A stretch of DNA of 64,000 nucleotides, from the IMG/VR virus record IMGVR_UViG_3300032138_000942, positions 32,001 through 96,000 of that record. One strand, written 5' to 3'. Of the stretch, positions 56,942 to 64,000 are shown piece by piece. Positions within the stretch are counted from its first letter, which is position 1; the number at the start of each line of letters is the position of its first letter. The translations under genes and the position numbers were made by a program. Source of the stretch: a virus (taxonomy: Duplodnaviria; Caudoviricetes). The notes beneath the pieces are model-generated. The model worked only from the letters and a program-made list of their open reading frames with translations. It had not been told where the DNA came from and searched no databases.

Positions 56942-58030
56942 ATGTCAAAGATGCTAGAACAAGCTATTATCGACGCCGAAGCACTTCGAGAAGCCGCTCT
57001 TCAAAACGCTGAGCAGGCTATTATCGAGAAGTATTCTTCGGAGGTCAAAGAAGCTGTGAACCAAATTTTAGAGCAACCCGAAGAGGAAGCTCTCCCCCTT
57101 GGAGGTGAAGTCGCCCCAGACGAAGGTGCCGTCGCTCCCGAAGGTGAATTTGCCGACGTCGCCCGTGCTGATATGGATGGTGACGATTTGTGTCCATGTC
57201 CTGATGAAGGAGACGATATTGAAATCGATCTTATGGCCATTGCTCGTGAGCTTGAAACAGATCAAGAAAAAGAAAAAGTTTCAAGAGACGCTGTGGTTGA
57301 CATCCAGCCAGAGGAAGGCGAAGAAGAGGAAGAAGAGGAAGAATTAGTTGGACTTAGTGAAGATTTTGAAATTCCAGATGAGTTTATTGACCATCTGTTG
57401 GAAAAGCTCTCTTTTAACACTCACCCCGTCCCTTCTGGTGTCCCTGGTGGTGGAACGAACATCACTACGGAAAGAGAAATAGAAGATGTAGTTAAAGCTC
57501 GTATGGCTGTTGAAGAACTTGAAGACAGTGTAAACGAGGAGGAAGAAGCCCAAGAGTCCTTTGCTGACCAGGCTAATTCCGAACGACCGCTCGTTAAAGT
57601 CGACTCTAAGCAAGAGCTTGAGTTAACCGAGCAAATTGAAAATTTGACAAACCAAAGAAATAATCTTGTTCAAGAAAATAACGAGATTAAGTCTTTGTTG
57701 TTAAAAGCAAAGGTAAAGCTTCAAGAGGTCAACCTGACCAATGCTCAGCTTTACTATACAAACAAAGTTTTGGGTAGCACCTCCCTGAATGAGCGACAAA
57801 AAAATACAATTGTCGAGTCTCTATCCAATACTTCAACTGTTGAGGAGACAAAAATCATTTATGAAACTCTTCAAAGCTCAGTGGGGCAAGACGTTAAGTC
57901 TAGGCCACAATCACTGAGCGAAGTGGTAAGTCGACCTTCAGCAGTTATTCCTCGAAGAGAGGAAAAAGTTGTTAAGGATACAGTGTCTAATCGCTGGAAA
58001 GCCTTAGCAGGTATTGATAAAAAACGATAA
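56942..58030 (+). CDS. Prohead scaffold protein (gp22-like position)
   Basis: Very acidic with a coiled coil, immediately upstream of the major capsid gene; ATG 56942 with GGAG SD preferred over TTG 56915. Confidence 0.8.
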   Translation: MSKMLEQAIIDAEALREAALQNAEQAIIEKYSSEVKEAVNQILEQPEEEALPLGGEVAPDEGAVAPEGEFADVARADMDGDDLCPCPDEGDDIEIDLMAIARELETDQEKEKVSRDAVVDIQPEEGEEEEEEEELVGLSEDFEIPDEFIDHLLEKLSFNTHPVPSGVPGGGTNITTEREIEDVVKARMAVEELEDSVNEEEEAQESFADQANSERPLVKVDSKQELELTEQIENLTNQRNNLVQENNEIKSLLLKAKVKLQEVNLTNAQLYYTNKVLGSTSLNERQKNTIVESLSNTSTVEETKIIYETLQSSVGQDVKSRPQSLSEVVSRPSAVIPRREEKVVKDTVSNRWKALAGIDKKR

Positions 58031-58047
58031 TATAAGGAGAATTCAAA

Positions 58048-59784
58048 ATGTCCGTTTTAGAAAAACTTACCGAAGGTATCGTTAATAGAGACTTACAAAA
58101 GGAAGGTGCTGCACTGCTTGACAAGTGGGAACGTACTGGTCTTTTGGAAGGAATTGTTACCGACTCCGAAAAAAATGGTATGGCCCGCCTCCTGGAAAAC
58201 CAGGCAAAAGAGCTACTTCGTGAGGCTTCCACAATGGCAGCTGGTGATGTTGAGGGATTTGCTTCTGTAGCATTCCCTCTCGTTCGCCGTGTCTTTGGTG
58301 GCCTTATTGCTAACGATCTTGTTAGTGTACAACCAATGAGCCTCCCATCGGGACTCATTTTCTTCCTTGACTTTACGTTCCAAGCAGCTAAGTTGGGTGA
58401 AGAGACTGATAGTTCCATCTATGGTGGTGGCGTTGTTGGTCAACAATTGACCGGTGGTGTATCCCTCACTGGGGAGAATGCTGAAGATGGTCCGTATAAC
58501 CTTAATAATGGTTATGCTTCCCCAACAGCATCCACAGGCGAGGCTATCGACGTCGGCGCAGCAGCCGCTACGCTCGGCGATGTCATTGCCGGAACCGCTT
58601 CTTTCGGTGACGAGGCCCTTGACCTCGCCATCCGATTCGATCCAGACCTCTCTGGCTCTGGTGTAGTAGTCGCGTCTATGACCGGTTCTGCCAATTGGGC
58701 ACAACTGAACCTCCGTGACCTTGTGGCAATTTCCGCCACTGGTTCAACTGGTAATGGTACTTTGGTCCGTCGATTGACTTCGATTCACTCTGGTTCAACC
58801 TCGGATGCAGATCCAACCAATGCCAACTTCAAATTGAAGATGGTTTGGCAAGCCAGTTCACTTGCTGTAACGGATAATCTCCGAAAAGAGCTTGAGGATA
58901 ATGGTGCCCTACGCTTGAACTTCCCAATCACAGACAACTTCGACAACGTAACCCAGGTTGCTGATGCTCGTGGTATTGGTGCTGTTGTTGGTGCTGACAC
59001 TTGGGGTCTTGAAAACCAATCCGACATCCCAGAGATCGACCTTAAAGTCGATTCCGTGTCCGTAACAGCCATGACCAAAAAGCTGAAGGCCCGCTGGACC
59101 CCAGAACTTGGTCAGGATCTTAATGCTTATCACAATCTCGACGCCGAGGTTGAGCTTACTGGCATTCTCTCTGAGCAGATCGCTTTGGAGATTGACCGTG
59201 AGATTCTTGAAGATCTGATCATGGGTGCCACAGGCGCTACTCTTTACTGGTCTAGAAATGCTGGTAAATTTGTTAACCGTGAGACTGGTGCTGAAATTGG
59301 AGCAACAACCGTTACTCCAGACTTCACCGGTACAGTGTCTGAGTGGTATGAGACTCTCTGTGAGACAATTAATGATTGCTCCGCTCGTATCCACCGTAAG
59401 ACACTTCGTGGTGGAGCTAACTTCATTGTTTGTTCCCCCGAGGTTGCCAGCATCCTTGAGTTTACCTCTGGCTTCCGTGCTGACGTAACCGGCGACGGCG
59501 ACCGTGGCTCGGTTGGCGCTGTTAAGGTTGGTTCTCTCACCAAGAAGTGGGACGTATATGTCGACCCTTACTTCCCACGTAATGTGGTTCTTGTAGGTCG
59601 TCGTGGAGGCTCTTTCCTTGAAAGTGGCTACGTGTACGCTCCATATGTACCTCTCCAGGTCACACCGACTATTTTCGGTATCGATGACTTCACCCCACGT
59701 AAGGGTGTAATGACTCGCTACGCTAAGAAGATGGTTAGACCTGATATGTATGGTCTTGTTATTGTTGAGAACCTTGTTGGTTAA
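58048..59784 (+). CDS. Major capsid protein (T4 gp23-like)
   Basis: PLVRRVF..LIA.DLVSVQPM.LPSGLIFFLD, KLKARWTPELGQDL.AYH.LDAE.EL, YAPYVPL, GVMTRY. Confidence 0.97.
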   Translation: MSVLEKLTEGIVNRDLQKEGAALLDKWERTGLLEGIVTDSEKNGMARLLENQAKELLREASTMAAGDVEGFASVAFPLVRRVFGGLIANDLVSVQPMSLPSGLIFFLDFTFQAAKLGEETDSSIYGGGVVGQQLTGGVSLTGENAEDGPYNLNNGYASPTASTGEAIDVGAAAATLGDVIAGTASFGDEALDLAIRFDPDLSGSGVVVASMTGSANWAQLNLRDLVAISATGSTGNGTLVRRLTSIHSGSTSDADPTNANFKLKMVWQASSLAVTDNLRKELEDNGALRLNFPITDNFDNVTQVADARGIGAVVGADTWGLENQSDIPEIDLKVDSVSVTAMTKKLKARWTPELGQDLNAYHNLDAEVELTGILSEQIALEIDREILEDLIMGATGATLYWSRNAGKFVNRETGAEIGATTVTPDFTGTVSEWYETLCETINDCSARIHRKTLRGGANFIVCSPEVASILEFTSGFRADVTGDGDRGSVGAVKVGSLTKKWDVYVDPYFPRNVVLVGRRGGSFLESGYVYAPYVPLQVTPTIFGIDDFTPRKGVMTRYAKKMVRPDMYGLVIVENLVG

Positions 59785-59811
59785 ACAATAATTTAACGCT
59801 TCTCAAAGAGC

Positions 59812-59848
59812 AAGCCCCTCTTGGATTCGTCCTTGAGGGGCTTTTTTT
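59812..59848 (+). terminator. Rho-independent terminator after the major capsid gene
   Basis: aagcccctcttgga-TTCG-tccttgaggggc followed by T7. Confidence 0.9.
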
Positions 59849-59870
59849 GTTGGTAAACGTGCCATGGAGC

Positions 59871-59880
59871 ACTATTTATA
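59871..59880 (+). promoter_or_regulatory. Putative late promoter ACTATTTATA
   Basis: Just after the MCP terminator. Confidence 0.7.
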
Positions 59881-59948
59881 ATACACACCCTTTTACAGGT
59901 TGTGAATGCATTCATTTAAAGAAACAAACAAAAGGAGGGTTTTTTATT

Positions 59949-60395
59949 ATGTCTAAAAGATCAGTTAATTTATTGAGAAAGGGGATGGACCCGCAGATGA
60001 CAATCAGCGGTGCTGCCCAAGTTCAGAGAGTCATTGCCGTAGGTGATGCCGAAACAAAAGAATTGGCAGCGTCGGATTCGGGAGCGCTTGTCACACTCGA
60101 AGGAAGTTCAGGTGTTGCAACGGTGACGTTACCAGCAGTGGGCGCCGGCCTTCGCTTTACTATTATGGCGATATCGGCACATGTCCATATCATAAACGGT
60201 GGAGCTTCTGTAATCCAGGGTTCGTACTTTCATAGTGCGAACAAGGGAACAGTTGCTCATGTGGCTATTGCTAACAAAACTAGCCTTACACTTCACGCGT
60301 CTAATCCCGCCATTGGCGACACATTAGAGTTCTGGTGTAACGGTACCAACTGGTATGTTACCGGTCTGGTTAACAACGCGATTACACAAGCCTAA
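59949..60395 (+). CDS. Hypothetical protein (148 aa), possible capsid decoration
   Basis: ATG 59949 with AGGAGG SD; LTLPA…GL.F-type and W..NGTNWY patterns; flanked by its own promoter motif and terminator. Confidence 0.6.
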   Translation: MSKRSVNLLRKGMDPQMTISGAAQVQRVIAVGDAETKELAASDSGALVTLEGSSGVATVTLPAVGAGLRFTIMAISAHVHIINGGASVIQGSYFHSANKGTVAHVAIANKTSLTLHASNPAIGDTLEFWCNGTNWYVTGLVNNAITQA

Positions 60396-60427
60396 TTCTA
60401 ATTTCTTAATAATAATTTCTTAATTAT

Positions 60428-60464
60428 GGCCCCCCTTTCCTTCGGGAGAGGGGGGTTTCTTTTT
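60428..60464 (+). terminator. Rho-independent terminator
   Basis: ggcccccctttcc-TTCG-ggagagggggg followed by tttctttt. Confidence 0.9.
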
Positions 60465-60470
60465 GTCAAA

Positions 60471-60480
60471 ACTATTTATA
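60471..60480 (+). promoter_or_regulatory. Putative late promoter ACTATTTATA
   Basis: Just after a terminator, before the neck gene. Confidence 0.7.
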
Positions 60481-60497
60481 TCACGAGGATCAAATGA

Positions 60498-61811
60498 ATG
60501 TCGACAACAAACCTATCACCTGTCAGTGTCACTAGCTCAATTACGCTGCCCGCTTCCGGGACCTTTGTTGGTCAGGGAGCCGGCGGAACCGAGGTAAAAA
60601 GCGGAGTAGTTTTCGGCATATACACAGGAAGTGTTTCTTTCATTACAGGCGCTCAAGACCAAGTTGCTTACGTTTATAAGAAGCTTGGCGGCGATGTTCT
60701 GGACATCGAAATTACAGAAGGCCAGGTGTATGCCGCTTACGAAGAGGCAGTTCTGGAATATTCTTATATTGTGAACCTCCACCAGGCAAAAAATTCTTTA
60801 TCTGATTTATTGGGCTCTGAGACAGGAAGTTTCGACAGCAAAGGTGAATATATGGATGGGGGAATTTCTTCCTCTCTCGGTCATAATCCATATGGCGGAG
60901 ACAATGTGGCTGAAAAGTACCCCAATATTACTTTCTCTTACGAAAGAAAAACAGGCCAAGCGGTGTCTAATGATGTCAATTTAAATGGATATGAAACAGT
61001 TTATTCAGCCTCATTCAATACCACAGGCGGAGTTCAGGATTATGATCTTCAGGCCATTATATCCGAGAAGGCAGGAGATGATTCAGCCCTTGCTTATTAT
61101 AATAAGGTTGGCAATAATCGACTGATGATTAGAAAAGTGTTTTATAAATCCCCTGCTGCCATGTGGAGATTTTATGGATATTATGGAGGTCTCAACACCG
61201 TGGGAAATTTACAGAACTACGGCCAGTGGGCTGATGATTCACAATTTCAAATTATTCCAGTATGGCAAAACAAACTTCAAAATATGGCCTTTCAAGATGC
61301 CATTTACACACGAAATTCTCAATACTCTTTCGAATTAAAAAATAATAAATTAAGAATATTTCCAAACGCGACTTCTGCCGGTCCTAAAAAAATGTGGGTG
61401 GAATTTGTCATTGCCAACGAACAACAACCATGGGAAGAGGATGCTGATAGACTCAACAACGTGAGCGGAGTTAATAATGTTAACACCGTTCCATTTAAGA
61501 ATCTTATTTATGAGCACATCAACTCCATGGGCAAACAATGGATTCGTCGATTCACCTTATCTCTGTGTAAAGAAATGCTCGGCCTCGTCCGAAGCAAGTT
61601 CGGAACTATCCCAATCCCAGGGAATAATTTATCTTTGAACGGAGACGCCTTAGTAAGCCAGGGCAAAGAAGAACAAACAGCACTGAGGGACGAATTGAAG
61701 ACAATACTTGAAGACTTAACGTATTCCAAGCTCGTTGCCGAAGATGCCGCCAAGATAGAGTCGGTCTTAAAAGTCCAAGAAAGAATGCCCCTTCCAGTAT
61801 TCACGGGGTAA
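60498..61811 (+). CDS. Neck/head-completion protein (T4 gp13-like)
   Basis: LGGDVLDIEI…, WIRRFTLSLCKEMLGLVRSKF..IPIPG…LNG. Confidence 0.8.
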   Translation: MSTTNLSPVSVTSSITLPASGTFVGQGAGGTEVKSGVVFGIYTGSVSFITGAQDQVAYVYKKLGGDVLDIEITEGQVYAAYEEAVLEYSYIVNLHQAKNSLSDLLGSETGSFDSKGEYMDGGISSSLGHNPYGGDNVAEKYPNITFSYERKTGQAVSNDVNLNGYETVYSASFNTTGGVQDYDLQAIISEKAGDDSALAYYNKVGNNRLMIRKVFYKSPAAMWRFYGYYGGLNTVGNLQNYGQWADDSQFQIIPVWQNKLQNMAFQDAIYTRNSQYSFELKNNKLRIFPNATSAGPKKMWVEFVIANEQQPWEEDADRLNNVSGVNNVNTVPFKNLIYEHINSMGKQWIRRFTLSLCKEMLGLVRSKFGTIPIPGNNLSLNGDALVSQGKEEQTALRDELKTILEDLTYSKLVAEDAAKIESVLKVQERMPLPVFTG

Positions 61812-61815
61812 ATAA

Positions 61816-62313
61816 ATGTCGAACGATAAAAATAAATGGTCCCAACCGGCTGCCCCGCCCCCCCCGCTTTTTGTTGGGCAAAAAGAAAGGAACCTCATTA
61901 AACAAGTTAATGATGAGCTAATTGAAGATGTCATCGGCCAACAGGTGCTTTATTTTCCGATAAGCCAAGAATACACCAATTATCACCCTGTATATGGGGA
62001 GGCCATTCATAAAACTTTTATGCCCCCAATTCGAGTCTATGTTCTGGTTGACTGGGAAGGGGACGCAACAACATTTATGAATAACGTTGCCGTTGACCGA
62101 TACACCAGCATCACACTTCACTTTCATAAACGCCGACTTACAGAGGATCAAGATCTTAATGTTCGTGTCGGAGACTTCGTTCAATATGGCGACAGCTTTT
62201 ATGAGATCGTGACGCTGGACGAACCAACCGAGATCTACGGACAAAATAAACACCGAATGGAAATCTCAGCCAAGTGTATTTACTCAAGAGAGGGATTGTT
62301 CAATGCCGAATGA
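61816..62313 (+). CDS. Neck protein (T4 gp14-like)
   Basis: IGQQVLYF…YGE…VGDFVQYGDSFYEI; synteny. Confidence 0.7.
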   Translation: MSNDKNKWSQPAAPPPPLFVGQKERNLIKQVNDELIEDVIGQQVLYFPISQEYTNYHPVYGEAIHKTFMPPIRVYVLVDWEGDATTFMNNVAVDRYTSITLHFHKRRLTEDQDLNVRVGDFVQYGDSFYEIVTLDEPTEIYGQNKHRMEISAKCIYSREGLFNAE

Positions 62314-63181
62314 TAAAGACCATACTGGAGTCGATGACCCAAGCATTGTTGAAGAGAGAATTATTACTCCTTCGACTTTGGAAACTATCGATGAAGCGTT
62401 CTTCAAATATATGGACGAGAGCTTTAATATTCATTGTGAAACAAACAAAGGTTTTGCCAAGGTTCCTCTGCTGTGGCTCTCGGCAGAAAGAGCATTCCAA
62501 ATTAAAAATAACCGAGACGTCAGAAACAACAAAGACGCTCTGGTCCTCCCAGTAATGACAGTGGAGAGGACGTCCGTTATCAAAGACCCCAATCGAAAAG
62601 GGATTTTTTACGGAAACATTCCGGAAATGTTTGATGCCCAGGGTGGCTCAATCGTTATTGCTCGGAGAATCAACCAAGACAAGACTAAAAACTTTGCCAA
62701 CGCTGACACATATCGTTACGCCCGAGGAGGGAGCCATCAAATAAACTTCCCCAGAAAAAATGATAAAGTGGTTTATCAAAGCATCTCTATTCCAATGCCG
62801 GTTTATGTGACCATTAATTATAATGTGGTTCTCACGTCTCAATATCAACAACAGATGAATCAGATGGTAACACCTTTTATGTCGAGAACAGGAGCAATTA
62901 ATACTTTTGTAATCCGCCGAGATGGACATGTGTATGAGTCGTTCATCCAACAGGACTTTTCACAAAATAATAATGTCGCTAGTTTAGGCGAGGACGAGAG
63001 AAGTTATCAAACCACAGTGGCGATTGAAGTGCTTGGATATCTCATCGGAGATGACGTAAACCAAGAGAAACCCAAGATCGTGGTAAGAGAGAATGCCGTC
63101 CAGGTTAGACTCCCTCGTGAGCATGTGATTATGGGTGACATCCCCAGCCAAATTGACAAGCGTGGCTTTTATCGATCCTAA
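62303..63181 (+). CDS. Tail terminator/sheath stabiliser (T4 gp15-like)
   Basis: KVPLLW…, LVLPVM, PVYVTINY…QQQMNQ; lies between the neck and sheath genes. Confidence 0.7.
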   Translation: MPNDKDHTGVDDPSIVEERIITPSTLETIDEAFFKYMDESFNIHCETNKGFAKVPLLWLSAERAFQIKNNRDVRNNKDALVLPVMTVERTSVIKDPNRKGIFYGNIPEMFDAQGGSIVIARRINQDKTKNFANADTYRYARGGSHQINFPRKNDKVVYQSISIPMPVYVTINYNVVLTSQYQQQMNQMVTPFMSRTGAINTFVIRRDGHVYESFIQQDFSQNNNVASLGEDERSYQTTVAIEVLGYLIGDDVNQEKPKIVVRENAVQVRLPREHVIMGDIPSQIDKRGFYRS

Positions 63182-63204
63182 AAGGTCTTTTAGCTCTAAC
63201 TCTT

Positions 63205-63212
63205 ACTATTTA
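63205..63212 (+). promoter_or_regulatory. Putative late promoter ACTATTTA for the tail sheath
   Basis: Intergenic recurrent motif. Confidence 0.65.
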
Positions 63213-63246
63213 TTTAAGAATTATTCTGTAAAGGAGAATACACGCT

Positions 63247-64000
63247 ATGTCATCAAGAAAATTTAAATTTGTCTCTCCAGGCATCTTTCTCTCGGAGATT
63301 GATAACTCCGCCCTTTCAAATCAAGGAGTGGGAACACCAATCGGCCCTGTAGTCGTCGGTAGAACGTTGAGAGGCCCAGCCCTCCGTCCCGTCACAGTAA
63401 ACTCGTTTTCTGAGTTTGTCACCATCTTTGGTGAGCCACAACCTGGAGGAAACGGCCAAGATATTTGGAGAGAGGGATCAGATCGTCTTGGGCCAACTTA
63501 TGCTGCTTATGCTGCCCAAGCTTGGTTAAGGAACAATTCTCCACTTACAGTAATCAGACTTCTGGGTGATCAAGGACCCAACGCCGCTTCCGAAGGTTAT
63601 GCCGGATACGGTGGAACCAACAAAACAGCGCCTGTTGATTTTGGAAGTGTCGGCGGGGGCACAGATCCAGGCTATGCTGGCTATGGCGGCGCTTATGGTG
63701 TCTTCACAATGAACTCTGGCAGCGGTGTAGGCATCGACGCCAACAACGGCCCCAACCATGGAGCCGTCTTGAGCGCCATCATTTATACCAATAATACGGT
63801 GACGCCCGCTCTTTATGGAACCCCACTCAGTGGAGCCATGACCGTGTTCACGTCTGCCGCCACAGCTTCTCAGGCGGTTGTGATGCCAACTAACTCAGCT
63901 GGCAACTTTGTGGTGGCTATTGGAACTGTTGGCCAGCACGGCGCCGGCACTGCGGGCCGTTTCGAATTTAACTTTAACAGGAATAGTGATAAGTATATCC
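63247..64000 (+). CDS. Tail sheath protein (gp18-like), truncated at the window end
   Basis: MSSRKFKFVSPGIFLSEIDNS…VVGRTLRGP…V.SFSEFVTIFG; AAGGAG SD; open to the window edge, so absent from the ORF track. Confidence 0.9.
   Translation, partial: MSSRKFKFVSPGIFLSEIDNSALSNQGVGTPIGPVVVGRTLRGPALRPVTVNSFSEFVTIFGEPQPGGNGQDIWREGSDRLGPTYAAYAAQAWLRNNSPLTVIRLLGDQGPNAASEGYAGYGGTNKTAPVDFGSVGGGTDPGYAGYGGAYGVFTMNSGSGVGIDANNGPNHGAVLSAIIYTNNTVTPALYGTPLSGAMTVFTSAATASQAVVMPTNSAGNFVVAIGTVGQHGAGTAGRFEFNFNRNSDKYI

Noticed and set aside
60398-60426. Short AT-rich direct repeat (taatttcttaat x2)
   Set aside because: Low complexity and occurs only once; no evidence of function
1-64000. Stop-codon reassignment, introns or inteins, tRNA genes
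   Set aside because: TAA, TAG and TGA all end well-coupled genes; terminase, portal, primase and MCP look uninterrupted; no tRNA-like cloverleaf seen in the short intergenic gaps

Overview
A 64-kb segment of a large T4-like (contractile-tailed) bacteriophage genome, probably an uncultured jumbo-type phage. It is read with the standard code, and all credible genes lie on the + strand with tight translational coupling. Gene order: end of an upstream gene; giant 2512-aa protein; baseplate gp25 and gp6 homologues; a block of large baseplate/tail-associated proteins (DNRLRE-like, LamG-containing 3251-aa protein, tail-collar-like proteins); a short DNA-metabolism island (RuvC-like resolvase, primase, single-ORF Mre11-Rad50/SbcD-SbcC fusion); a putative holin/spanin-like trio; two fibre proteins with S74 intramolecular chaperones; accessory and putative head-internal proteins; a glutaredoxin with a lipoprotein-like signal; terminase, portal, prohead protease, phage ribosomal protein bS21, scaffold, major capsid, neck and tail-terminator proteins; and the start of the tail sheath. 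A recurrent nnTA(T/C/A)TTA motif (mostly ACTATTTA) precedes structural genes, and UUCG-capped terminators follow some of them. The most notable unexplained signals are: (i) a [ST]-[GAS]-S tripeptide concentrated in apparently surface-exposed virion proteins and in the capsid insertion domain (possible PTM/glycosylation sequon); (ii) bS21 together with two different promoter/initiation architectures; (iii) a tail-collar domain apparently split over four genes; (iv) shared N- and C-terminal capsid-targeting-like motifs; (v) a structured 5' leader upstream of the fibre gene. All assignments were made by eye from motifs and synteny; no database searches were run.
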